Virus record (IMG/VR): IMGVR_UViG_3300033075_000428
Coordinates: 126,354-190,353 of that record
Source: a virus
Lineage: Duplodnaviria; Caudoviricetes
Strand: one strand, 5' to 3'
Length of the DNA stretch: 64,000 nucleotides
Shown here: positions 56,101 through 64,000 of the stretch, piece by piece
How positions within the stretch are numbered: the first letter of the stretch is position 1
How the letters are laid out: the number at the start of each line of letters is the position of its first letter
Program-made: the position numbers and the translations under genes
The notes under the pieces: generated by a model
What the model was told of the DNA's origin: nothing
Seen by the model: only the letters and a program-made list of their open reading frames with translations
Databases searched by the model: none

Positions 56101-57474
56101 GATGTCACCAATCTTCATGCCAATGTAGGCGAGCATGAACATCAGTGGGAAGAATATGTCCTTCAACTTCTGTTGAATACCCGCGAAGAATCCAACACCA
56201 GCATTAGCAGACTTGAAGATGTTTCCAAGCATTCCACCAATGAACTTCACAATCGTTCCCATCAAGCCACCTATGGCTTTGGCGGCACCGAGAATCGCTG
56301 GCTTGTTCTGGTCGACCCACTTGGAAACATTCCCCAAGACTTCTTTCATTGCATCAAATACACCACTCGAGGCAATGGTCTCTTTTATTTTCTCGATGAA
56401 TCCAGTGATGTTCTGAATCTGTCCTTCAGCAGAATCCTTGAACCTATCGGTATTACCCTCAAAGTTCTTACCCAAGAAGTCGCTGATTTTCGTCATGCGT
56501 TCTTGGTAGGTCGTAGCACCATCAATAGCTTCTTGGAATGCTGCAGGGTCGATTTGGTTACCGAACGTCTCAGCGAAAGCTTGGAAGTTCCCTGGATTCT
56601 TTGCAACGTCAGTAATCGCAGACATTGTAGTAGACAAGTCTTGGCCTGGACCCATGGCGGCTTCAAGTACTCCCTTGAAGTTCATGGATTCCATCGACAC
56701 ACCAGCCTTCGCCAATTCGTCTACATAGCTACCGAGTTCATCTTTGCTTAATCCGTACTCTTGACTCATGTCATTGATGAATCCAGTGGCCTTTTCAGCG
56801 AATGCTGGAGAGCCAAACTTGTTCGTCATTTTGACAGTCATCTTCTCAAGTTCCATGCCAGTGTTGAACGCACCCATGAATGCGTCCTTGATGGAACCAA
56901 TACCTACGGAGATACCACCAAGTGCCAAGCCAGCAACGAGCAAGTTCTTCAATCCACCGATTGCACCTGACACTGAGTCGTTCATTCGACTCATCTGGTC
57001 TTTCATGCCATTGAGAGCTTCCGTGGTCTTCTGTTGGAATTGTGTCATGGTGTTCTTTGCACCACTGATTCCACCAGCCACAGCACGCCAACTCTTTGAC
57101 ATTACTCCACCACCCTTCTTGGCGGCACCAACAGCACTCTTGAAGAAACCAGCAAACTTATCGGTCTTGCCCGAAGTCTTGTTGATTTCTCCACCAAATC
57201 CAGCCATACTCTTTACGAGTGGGTCTATCTGTGTCTTTGCTGAAGCAAACTTCTTCTGCATGCCACCAGTCAGGGAAGACACAGTTGTTTGAACAGCTGA
57301 AGCCTCTTTGTGCACTTTCTTGAAGGCTGTACCAACGTCTTCCACGCCAGCGGCTGACATGGTCATTTTAGACAATAGGCGTTGCAGTTCACCCATGGCT
57401 TTTATGCCACGAGACAATGCCGCTACGTCAATAGCAAACCCAAGGTCAATTTTCTCTTTAGGTTCTACAGGCAT
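53140..57474 (-). CDS. Tail tape measure protein with a C-terminal CHAP peptidase domain
   Basis: 1444 aa, helical and Ala/Gly-rich with Trp/Phe periodicity; NWCAAFVS, GHVGLV and FEGNT near the C-terminus. Confidence 0.9.
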   Translation of the reverse strand: MPVEPKEKIDLGFAIDVAALSRGIKAMGELQRLLSKMTMSAAGVEDVGTAFKKVHKEASAVQTTVSSLTGGMQKKFASAKTQIDPLVKSMAGFGGEINKTSGKTDKFAGFFKSAVGAAKKGGGVMSKSWRAVAGGISGAKNTMTQFQQKTTEALNGMKDQMSRMNDSVSGAIGGLKNLLVAGLALGGISVGIGSIKDAFMGAFNTGMELEKMTVKMTNKFGSPAFAEKATGFINDMSQEYGLSKDELGSYVDELAKAGVSMESMNFKGVLEAAMGPGQDLSTTMSAITDVAKNPGNFQAFAETFGNQIDPAAFQEAIDGATTYQERMTKISDFLGKNFEGNTDRFKDSAEGQIQNITGFIEKIKETIASSGVFDAMKEVLGNVSKWVDQNKPAILGAAKAIGGLMGTIVKFIGGMLGNIFKSANAGVGFFAGIQQKLKDIFFPLMFMLAYIGMKIGDIIGKLFKGDLSGAAVDIGDILMKIIDAVEGFVNMAVGFVFGLIQKIADQVPKLLPVIMAQVSRVMDRLVTFAQNLVKKIMGILPALLTLFIAEIRLKILLAKKVILGLLDVIGTVLDGIPGLITSIGPILVKGVNDIINDVFDFFMGLGERLTKLWPKLLASLTAIFNNLPKILKPILQNLFKKLFAILEDLVPRLFVILYDTVVWAFKSIGSLGPKLGEILSDVIGYLGEWVSGLMGRLEDMLMNSDNPFLKWLGGIVGTVRNVWDAVVGIVQDILTYAGKILGDIGDMFGALFSGDFGGAWEAIKNLFGHIWELIVSVLGRVVTFIWKELKTIWKTITGIFGSAWKWVSDKTASFINGIVDFFKSLPSRILGFIQSIPNEVMKLLQNGLKFLDGMFGKVIDGIFGEGVFDGLKDQLNEFVNFFIKKYNSLTSVIGKDPINIVVNDKPAKEVLRAMRDDLGLQLKDMSRSTDMSDYIKKLNETVVNSGIDGNSDQYKALETLTKQMYTLNKELGSAPAKDRKGINDKLIEVLTAFDTIRSENMFSNQQFGKDGSAGSGDANMVMSAVMEKFGKENYAQKKNKVFAERAAVTVPIKDGIVKDGQVTPIDPRDAVFATKEPKKAGMIQNVMNGISDVWGTVKEKASDLVGGGADIWKKFKQSNVGELVAGIFNGVPTDTGSISEVASKFMGDFTNMFQGTMIGSPGQGNVLRGTKDFSGKKADEKQLALLGYVDRATDIVNDQTKDLMNWCAAFVSNVYTDVFGKVSPKFYNDVVKGRLGTGGAALGESFAGAAPYFKKAKKPEEFGMFYYGVPGKGHVGLVRSVDSGSSFTSFEGNTSTPGRPDSRTGGTFVSKPRQVDWVLGQPHGAFVNPNWDAINKYGKVAKDFVMKQDGSVQLFEPTDTVFGMRNPDKMFSALLSGQTPSGQVTNTVEREQSAPVSNTTNFSFGPNSIVIQSSGNEKIDAEALLRELERIQRRKNGRAGLSEK

Positions 57475-57562
57475 GTCTATTTGAACTCCAACGCCGTTTG
57501 TCGTACTTGTCTAGTAACATAAAACGAGTTATGCCACTGAACTGACAAGAGTTTATCTCAAC

Positions 57563-57799
57563 TTACGATATACTCATGCCCTTTGAATTTTGCTGAACTT
57601 CTCTGTCATGTAGGAACTTTTCAAGACGCTGAAAGTACCACATAAACTCGTCAACTCGCATGTTCTCAAGGTCTTGATATGAAATCCCAGGAAGCTCTTT
57701 CATCAGACAGAACATGATTTCATTAAACGAGTATCGGGTATACGTCAGGTAGAAGTATAAAACCCTTAACCAGATTAAGGATTTTACCAAGTCCATCAA
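57563..57799 (-). CDS. Tail assembly chaperone, frameshifted T portion
   Basis: Lies in the -1 frame relative to 57796-58629, immediately upstream of the tape measure gene. Confidence 0.7.
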   Translation of the reverse strand: MMDLVKSLIWLRVLYFYLTYTRYSFNEIMFCLMKELPGISYQDLENMRVDEFMWYFQRLEKFLHDREVQQNSKGMSIS

Positions 57800-58629
57800 G
57801 CCATCGAAAATAAAAAACTTGGCTCTACTGGCATATCAATTTCCTTGCCACAACGGGAACACTCTGTTGGAGCAGTCAATCGCATAGCAGGGACAAGCTG
57901 TTTCGTTGCTCTGTTAAGAAGCGTCATGTCTCGGCCAGAGAGGTTGAGTACCAACTTCTCTTTCAAGAGTTGAACAAGTGCTGTTGGCATATCTTCACCG
58001 TTCTCGTCTTGAATACGAGTAATAGCGGAAGCCAATACACGCTCAGTGAATGAGCTCTTTGCAGACGTGGAGAAGTGTAGTTCATTACGCAGGAAGTCGT
58101 CAAGACGAGGAATACGTATGAAATACCGTGTCCACTTTCTGTCTGCAATACCCATTTCAACTGCCATCTTTTCCCGTGAAAGGTCAAGACCATCTTCCAG
58201 TTCCGCTTCCATTTCCATGTCGTATGCCAACTCAGACGTGTCGGGGAGTTCCACAGCACTCAAGTCAATGTTGAAAGCAACTTCTGCTTGGGTGGGACAG
58301 AAACACGTAGTACGGTAGTCTTCAATCTCTCCACCGAGAGAGTGGACGTGACCAGCTAGCAGAATGTAGCTGATGTCAGGGATCGTCATCTTGCGAACGA
58401 GTTCATCGATGTAGTTCTTCTTTCCTTCACCGTTTGACGAAACTGGTACGCCGTCAATAGTGGATAGAATAGAAGTAGCCGTACGCCCCAGCCACTTGAG
58501 TGGATGTTGCGCACGGTACTGTTCATCGTTGATTTCTTTAATCTGCCTGACCGACAGCTTGTTGAGAGTGAATTCACGGAGAGTCTTCTCTCCTTGCATT
58601 ACACCAATTGGTAGTACGTTCGTGAGCAT
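57796..58629 (-). CDS. Tail assembly chaperone (G portion)
   Basis: Located between tube and tape measure; LP.G, LSGRD...L and CSRCG motifs. Confidence 0.75.
   Translation of the reverse strand: MLTNVLPIGVMQGEKTLREFTLNKLSVRQIKEINDEQYRAQHPLKWLGRTATSILSTIDGVPVSSNGEGKKNYIDELVRKMTIPDISYILLAGHVHSLGGEIEDYRTTCFCPTQAEVAFNIDLSAVELPDTSELAYDMEMEAELEDGLDLSREKMAVEMGIADRKWTRYFIRIPRLDDFLRNELHFSTSAKSSFTERVLASAITRIQDENGEDMPTALVQLLKEKLVLNLSGRDMTLLNRATKQLVPAMRLTAPTECSRCGKEIDMPVEPSFLFSMA
57811..57817 (-). promoter_or_regulatory. -1 programmed ribosomal frameshift slippery heptamer T TTT TTA
   Basis: AGT TTT TTA TTT TCG ATG GCT TGA; the -1 frame reads TTT TTT ATT TTC GAT GGC TTG ATG GAC, in frame with 57563-57799. 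Confidence 0.75.
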
Positions 58630-58721
58630 TACGGTGCTCCTTACTTTCTGTGTGGGTAAAATCTTAGGGGTTAAAATCTGGGTCAGGTTTTCAAAGCACT
58701 GAGAGTGCTAGGTCAACACGC

Positions 58722-59207
58722 TTACGACTTTGGAAGTTGCTTCAGGAATTCAACATTCCAGTAGTCAACCGTGCAAGGATACGACATTTCCATCGCTCCT
58801 GCGTTACCATTGTCTAATCCTGGGAATTGTTCCGATTTGAACAAGAGTCCAATCAGATAAATCTTCAGGATTTCTTCTCCGTGATGGAACTTCGTAATCG
58901 TAGCATTGACCTTCTTACCAGTCTTTACTGCGGTATCTACGAGTGCTGACATCTTCTTATCGTTCTCCGACCCATCCATGATACGAACCATAGTAAGGTC
59001 ATCGTAAGAAGTTACACCACCGTGGAATTTGTACTTCAGACCAACTCCACCGTCGGTGACTTCAAACGTTTCTGTCGTACGTGTTAGTCCGTCAACGCGC
59101 TGAAAATTCGGGAGTTGCAAACCACTGTCTGCAATCTCCAAAATCATGTTATTCGCGGTTAACGCATGAAAGGGACGTTCTTTCGGTCCAAGAATTGGCT
59201 CTGGCAT
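58722..59207 (-). CDS. Tail tube protein (T4 gp19-like)
   Basis: FQRVDGL, K..G...Y.DLT..R, P.LD; 161 aa. Confidence 0.85.
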   Translation of the reverse strand: MPEPILGPKERPFHALTANNMILEIADSGLQLPNFQRVDGLTRTTETFEVTDGGVGLKYKFHGGVTSYDDLTMVRIMDGSENDKKMSALVDTAVKTGKKVNATITKFHHGEEILKIYLIGLLFKSEQFPGLDNGNAGAMEMSYPCTVDYWNVEFLKQLPKS

Positions 59208-59286
59208 GTTACTTTCCTTATTACCAATGAGGATGTTTTAACATCTGTCTTGTATTAAAACGGACTGGTAATCAATTTGTGTGGGA

Positions 59287-60018
59287 TTATGATTGAACAA
59301 CTACTGTGACTGCATTTGATGCTGGCGGGTCAACGAATGTTACGGTTATTGTAGTGACCGAAGTGTGTTTCCAGTCTGTAAATAACATGGCATATGGAGC
59401 ACTTGTTGAATAGAAGTTTACACTAACAGACTGTGAACCAAGGTTATGAGTGATAACAAACGTTGTAGTTACCCCATCTCCTATCGTCGTTGAGTATTTC
59501 GTAGTCTTTGCAGCAGGAACAATGGCAGAGAGCTCAAGGTCTCCGTTCTTGTTCACATACAATTCCATGTTATAGCCAGCACCAGACAAGAGTTGCCCAA
59601 GGGTAACAAACTCGTCCATGAAGACCGCTTTACTACCAGCCACAGCACCTGAGAAACTTTCACGCTGTCGGTTCAAGTTATCAGCAACCACTACGAGGTC
59701 AAACGTCTTCGTGTAGTTTGAACCTGCTGTAACTTGATAGGTAATTGCTGTCGTTACTGCTGAAGCAGTACTAGCAATTGTTAGCTCCAATACTAAGAAC
59801 TCAGTAGCACCAGCCGCTATTTCTTTTCCGACTGAACTACTGTAAGTCTTTGTCACACCAGTAGGCAATCCAGTGCAGGTATCAGCTGAGATTGTTAATG
59901 GTGTAGTCCCGTCGTTGTAACAACTCACAACTGTTCGAACCACTCTGTTACCAGACTGTGGTTTTGAAACAAGTAGCCCACCTGTAGTGGACTCAGTGAC
60001 TGTGAGTATTAGAGCCAA
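59287..60018 (-). CDS. Virion structural protein (Ig-like plus HNLG-type domain)
   Basis: Thr/Val-rich beta protein; TIGDG...F.ITHNLG...ITVTF..PP. Confidence 0.65.
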   Translation of the reverse strand: MALILTVTESTTGGLLVSKPQSGNRVVRTVVSCYNDGTTPLTISADTCTGLPTGVTKTYSSSVGKEIAAGATEFLVLELTIASTASAVTTAITYQVTAGSNYTKTFDLVVVADNLNRQRESFSGAVAGSKAVFMDEFVTLGQLLSGAGYNMELYVNKNGDLELSAIVPAAKTTKYSTTIGDGVTTTFVITHNLGSQSVSVNFYSTSAPYAMLFTDWKHTSVTTITVTFVDPPASNAVTVVVQS

Positions 60019-60027
60019 GTACTAACC

Positions 60028-61320
60028 TTAAGGAAGTTGACGGAGACATCCAAGAAACTGATAGATAGGACGCTGACCAGAGAGGTTCAACAATCTACTC
60101 GTGGTGACACGATAGCAAGGAAGCAACTGTTTGCCTGTGTTGTATGCGTTGTTTGTGGTTCCGTCTGGCTGACGTCCATGGTCACGAGCTACAATTCTGA
60201 GATGGAAATCATCTATCATGTAAATGAGTGGATGAATTGCTTGATTGGTTAACTTGTAGCGTAAAGCAGGCGACGTTTCACTTGGGTCATAGTAGCAGAA
60301 TTCTAGGTAGACCTGAATGTTTCTTGCTTCCTTAACAGCGAGACCGTGTAGGTAGTCTACATAGAGTAGCCTGCCATGGTCTTTCAAATCAACGTTGAAA
60401 TCGTTAGTTGAATCAACAAGCGTATTCCAGTTCAGTGAGCACTCAGCCCATCCAGTCTTGGAACCATCAGCACCGCCAGCGAGAGCATACAAGAACCAAT
60501 CATCAAAACGCTTTCCACGGTAATGAAGTTGTCCACCCTTTTCGCTGAATTGGTGAAGAACATCTAAGTTGACATGCGAATGCGAGATACCTTGCAACCG
60601 TGCCAACTTATCGTTCACTTCTTGTTGCGTTACACTAGACTCTTTACGAGTTACATAATCCGCATCATGGTTGTGTTCCTCTGGCTTAAACGCTTGAGGC
60701 AAACGACTGAGAGAGTTGAAGTCAACGTCTGAACGCACACCAACCGAACCATCTGAGTTGACGAATTCAGACTTGGTCATTACGTCTGACAACATCTCTC
60801 TTACTTTGCTCTCAGAGATGTCAGACTCAGGAATAGTAGGTTGGTCTGGGTAAGACTTGTAAACACGAACTGAGAGCGATTGTACAGTGAAAACAACACT
60901 CTTGAAGTGGTCATGTCCAATGGCTAGTGCAAATCCAGAGTTAGGCTTCAGGAAGATTGGGAATTCAAGGTGCTTCGCGGTTAGTGAACTATTCGTTGGA
61001 ACGCCTGTTGTTGGATTTACAGGAACAAGTTCGCTCCAGATTGACGAATAGAATTCCGTTCCAGCATATGAATGGAGCATGAAGTGAAGTTGTTCAACAC
61101 CATATGCAACAAAGTCGAGGTCAATGTCTACTATGATTGTGAACTGACCACCTTCTTGTGAATCAAACAAGAAGGGGAAGTTGCTCGTAACGTCTGGATT
61201 AGCTAATGATGCTGTATCAGAGCTTAACTTACGATGAGAGTTTGCACCCCGAAATGTTGTAACCAACACTGTTCGAGAGGCACTTTCATTGTAGCTCGCT
61301 ACGAGGAGTTCTGTCTTCAT
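60028..61320 (-). CDS. Virion structural or fibre-like protein
   Basis: HNHDADY and HSHVNLDVL fibre-type motifs; lies in the tail operon. Confidence 0.6.
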   Translation of the reverse strand: MKTELLVASYNESASRTVLVTTFRGANSHRKLSSDTASLANPDVTSNFPFLFDSQEGGQFTIIVDIDLDFVAYGVEQLHFMLHSYAGTEFYSSIWSELVPVNPTTGVPTNSSLTAKHLEFPIFLKPNSGFALAIGHDHFKSVVFTVQSLSVRVYKSYPDQPTIPESDISESKVREMLSDVMTKSEFVNSDGSVGVRSDVDFNSLSRLPQAFKPEEHNHDADYVTRKESSVTQQEVNDKLARLQGISHSHVNLDVLHQFSEKGGQLHYRGKRFDDWFLYALAGGADGSKTGWAECSLNWNTLVDSTNDFNVDLKDHGRLLYVDYLHGLAVKEARNIQVYLEFCYYDPSETSPALRYKLTNQAIHPLIYMIDDFHLRIVARDHGRQPDGTTNNAYNTGKQLLPCYRVTTSRLLNLSGQRPIYQFLGCLRQLP

Positions 61321-61353
61321 GCAATTAAAACTGTGTAGATGTCATATTAAACA

Positions 61354-61387
61354 GGAAACGCCAGCAATCGATTTTGCTAGCGTTTCC
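61354..61387 (-). terminator. Intrinsic terminator after the sheath gene
   Basis: GGAAACGC(C)AGCAA/TTGCT(A)GCGTTTCC stem, then TGTTT on the minus strand. Confidence 0.65.
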
Positions 61388-61431
61388 AGAGCCTTTTCGT
61401 CCGAAGTGGTCGATAGGTATTTTACCGTTGG

Positions 61432-62910
61432 TTAGATGACGTTGACGTCGAATCCACCAACAATCTGTACCACATTGATGTAGACAGTTTCTGCGACTTC
61501 AGCGAAGTTCACATAGCAGTCGCACACCAACTGACGGTTTTGACGAACCAGAACACCATTGTTTGTTTCATCACAACGCACACTGACGTTGTTGTCATAG
61601 CCGCCTTCTTTTTCAAACATTCCCTTTTGGAATTCATTGAACAAGAACAGGTCGAGACCTTGTTTCAACTGGCGACGAGTGTCAGGATTGTTAGGACGTT
61701 GTTCAAACGAACCAAGCGAGCGACGGAATGTGCTGACGAGATAGTTGATTGAGCGACGAATGTGAATCGAGTAGAACTTGCTTGTGGTCGACATTGTTCT
61801 GCTCGTTCTCACCACCATGCCATATCCAGAGAAGAACTGGATAACGTTGACACCGTGAACGTGTACCGCTTGTTCAATTTGTCCTGCAGTCAGTGCATCG
61901 TATTGAACCCGCTTGATTCCACGAATCGAAGTACGAAGACCTGCTGGTGGAACGAAAGCGTTACCACCTTCAGAGAACATCTGACGAATGTAATACGCAC
62001 CGATGATGTAACCAATACCAGGAGTGTACACGTCAGAACCACCATCATTCGCATTCGGAACACTTACCCAGTTGAAGTAAGCTGCCAAGAAGGACTTCGT
62101 AGCAAGCATGGTTGTTGACCAGCTAGCACCAAGCGTCGAGTATGTTACTGCGTAAGGAACAGGGGCGACACCAAGTGCGTCATTGCGTCCAGCACAGTAA
62201 GCTTCAAGAGCTTGTGCATCCGTGGTGGAGTTCCAATCTGGGCACATAACGATTTGAACCAACTGGTTGTCGAGATACGAGAATTCAGTTGAGCTCAAGT
62301 TCGTTGGAGCCGTTGGGTCAGCACCAGTAGCGAGTGCTGTCTTCGCAAACGTCGTCAGAGTATACGTGCCAGTAACATCAACAATGATATACTTACTAGC
62401 ACTATTTACCTTACCTTCAATGTTTGCTGTAGTCAAATTGCTGTGAGTTTCAATCAGGACGTCAGAGCCACTGATTGTCTTATACACGTTAAGTGTATAG
62501 TAACCAGTAACACCCTCAGCAACCATCTGTACCTTGTAGCTGTTACCTTCAAGACCAGGGCTTTGAACTCCATAGTAGCCACGGGTGAATGTCAGTAAGT
62601 CACCACCAGTACCATCTTGAACGGTTGCAGCAGTACCACCAGTACCAGGACGAACCACATACAAGTTGACGTCATTTGGTGCAGCATTCAAGAACAAACC
62701 ACGGGTCTCATAGTACGAGTAAAGTGGTGTTCCTGTGAGCACAGTTCCAAATACTTCTTCATACTCCTTCATGGAGGTGATAAGTACTGGAGTATTCATT
62801 GGTCCGAGTCTCGCCTTAGCAATCAGACCAACTGTAGATAAATCGCTTGGAGACAATACGGGAGAGCTAGGACCTGTGACTTCTCGTACTTGAAGACCAA
62901 TTGGAGGCAT
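61432..62910 (-). CDS. Tail sheath protein
   Basis: G.A..GP..TPVLITS..EY..VFG, PPAG, GVNVI, RT, I.IRR, PN...R, V.CDETNN, AE.V.I. Confidence 0.93.
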   Translation of the reverse strand: MPPIGLQVREVTGPSSPVLSPSDLSTVGLIAKARLGPMNTPVLITSMKEYEEVFGTVLTGTPLYSYYETRGLFLNAAPNDVNLYVVRPGTGGTAATVQDGTGGDLLTFTRGYYGVQSPGLEGNSYKVQMVAEGVTGYYTLNVYKTISGSDVLIETHSNLTTANIEGKVNSASKYIIVDVTGTYTLTTFAKTALATGADPTAPTNLSSTEFSYLDNQLVQIVMCPDWNSTTDAQALEAYCAGRNDALGVAPVPYAVTYSTLGASWSTTMLATKSFLAAYFNWVSVPNANDGGSDVYTPGIGYIIGAYYIRQMFSEGGNAFVPPAGLRTSIRGIKRVQYDALTAGQIEQAVHVHGVNVIQFFSGYGMVVRTSRTMSTTSKFYSIHIRRSINYLVSTFRRSLGSFEQRPNNPDTRRQLKQGLDLFLFNEFQKGMFEKEGGYDNNVSVRCDETNNGVLVRQNRQLVCDCYVNFAEVAETVYINVVQIVGGFDVNVI

Positions 62911-62994
62911 GTTTGAATCCTTTTGGATTGAGAATTAGCGTAGTAAATGTGCTTCAACTAATAAGACTGTAATGCATTTGCAAACGTTACAAGA

Positions 62995-63684
62995 TTATCC
63001 TGGTATGACATCAGAATCATACAGTGTATCGCCAGACTTCTTTCCGATGTTGACAATTCTGTCTAGCACTGTATCTTCCACTTCAGGTGCGACTGTGAAG
63101 ATGCTGGTTTCTATCTTCAGAATACAAACAGTGCGCATCTTGTTACTATCCTCATCATGAGACACTTGAGGCATTTCAAGATAAACTGTGTGCGTTCTAC
63201 CAAACAGTTCAATGTAAGCTTGGTCGTACTTCTTTGTGACAATCTTGTGATAGATTAGGTCATTCAGTAGTTGATGGTCAATCCAATTGTCGGACAAACC
63301 TTCAATCTGGTACTGAAACTGAACTCTTCGGTGGTCACGATAGGTAAGCGTCTGCTGGTCGTTGTCTGGATTGATGATTTCAACAGGCTCAACGTAAGGC
63401 ATGCTTTCATGCATGTCAATTGTGTCCAGCGGTGTTACCAACAAGAATGGGTAGGTAAGCTGGCTGTTGTTCTTGAGTATGTGCTCAACTGTTAAATTCT
63501 TCTCATGAATGTGACGATAACGAAAGATGACTGGGAGATATGTAACAGGTGATAAGTCCACTCCGTCGTATATCTGCAAAGACACTTGGTTCTGAGCCGT
63601 GAGTACTTTCTTCCAAGTATGGTACCTGGTTTCTAAGTACTTTACAAACTCATTGTCGAAATCATGGTTGTAGTTGAATGCCAT
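62995..63684 (-). CDS. Probable tail terminator / neck protein
   Basis: 229 aa, immediately upstream of the sheath; YP...FQYQIE pattern. Confidence 0.55.
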   Translation of the reverse strand: MAFNYNHDFDNEFVKYLETRYHTWKKVLTAQNQVSLQIYDGVDLSPVTYLPVIFRYRHIHEKNLTVEHILKNNSQLTYPFLLVTPLDTIDMHESMPYVEPVEIINPDNDQQTLTYRDHRRVQFQYQIEGLSDNWIDHQLLNDLIYHKIVTKKYDQAYIELFGRTHTVYLEMPQVSHDEDSNKMRTVCILKIETSIFTVAPEVEDTVLDRIVNIGKKSGDTLYDSDVIPG

Positions 63685-63695
63685 ATGATGTTAAA

Positions 63696-63727
63696 ACTGC
63701 CATCCCTCGCAATTGAAGGATGGCAGT
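63696..63727 (-). terminator. Intrinsic terminator
   Basis: ACTGCCATCC/GGATGGCAGT 10-bp stem followed by TTT on the minus strand. Confidence 0.7.
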
Positions 63728-63748
63728 ATGTCTTACTTACTGTGTTGC

Positions 63749-64000
63749 TTAGTTGATGAGAGAAGCAAGATTCTTCATGGATTCTGCAAGCCTCTTGTCT
63801 TCGTCATCTTCAGATACGTCAGAGTGACGATTGAAACCTTGGAAGGACTCATTCTTTTTCTTCAGATTGGAACGATTGCTCAAGAACTCTTTCACCTCCT
63901 TGCTCTCTTCCTCATCTGTCTCATCTTCTTCTTCTTCCTCTTTCTTCTCGCCTTCTTCATCTTCTTCCTTAGAATCCTCTGGTTCCTTTTCCTCTGCATC
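63749..64000 (-). CDS. Partial Glu-rich protein (possible scaffold or prohead core); absent from the ORF track
   Basis: Manual translation: DAEEKEPEDSKEEDEEGEKKEEEEEDETDEEESKEVKEFLSNRSNLKKKNESFQGFNRHSDVSEDDEDKRLAESMKNLASLIN*. Confidence 0.65.
   Translation of the reverse strand, partial: DAEEKEPEDSKEEDEEGEKKEEEEEDETDEEESKEVKEFLSNRSNLKKKNESFQGFNRHSDVSEDDEDKRLAESMKNLASLIN

Noticed and set aside
53326-57292. Numerous plus-strand ORFs of 60-190 aa opposite the tape measure gene (and similar antisense ORFs elsewhere)
   Set aside because: They are antisense shadows caused by codon bias, with no RBS or motif support.
44603-62910. Extracellular contractile injection system or tailocin
   Set aside because: The gene set is CIS-like, but it is linked to a full replisome, a 1444-aa tape measure and a likely head gene, so it is a phage tail.
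1-64000. Stop-codon reassignment
   Set aside because: Standard code gives dense, full-length genes, and TAA, TAG and TGA all terminate conserved proteins at the expected positions.

Overview
This is a 64 kb segment of a large lytic myovirus (contractile-tailed phage). There is no cellular housekeeping context, and no tRNA, rRNA or CRISPR array was seen. It has three transcription blocks. (1) Minus strand, 1-33.2 kb: two sigma-like regulators, then the replication and recombination set. This set comprises ATP-dependent ligase, primase, DnaB-like and UvsW-like helicases, a family-A polymerase with a degenerate UDG domain and a mini-intein, SbcCD, a 5'-3' exonuclease, RecA and SSB. The block continues with a thymidine-hypermodification pathway: dCMP deaminase, dUMP hydroxymethylase, dNMP kinase, P-loop 5-hmdU DNA kinase, two amino-acid:DNA transferases (aGPT-PPlase clades 1 and 2), a class-II glutamine amidotransferase and a GNAT. 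(2) A structured, AT-rich divergent intergenic region (33.2-33.9 kb), then a plus-strand island of small, probably early genes (DUF932, NUDIX, metallophosphoesterase, solo TnpB, glucosaminidase). (3) Minus strand, 41.8-64 kb: lysis, tail fibre, baseplate, tape measure, frameshifting tail chaperone, tube and sheath genes. The most interesting candidate system is the aGPT-PPlase2 + glutamine amidotransferase + GNAT operon. It suggests a route to an aminomethyl or acetylaminomethyl thymidine that does not use the PLP, radical-SAM or FAD enzymes of characterised pathways. Other notable items are a solo TnpB whose predicted guide begins at the start codon of the next gene, a sigma-Mor fusion missed by the ORF track, and an Acb1-like 2H phosphoesterase embedded in the baseplate operon. 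All family assignments come from motif recognition by eye, not from database searches.
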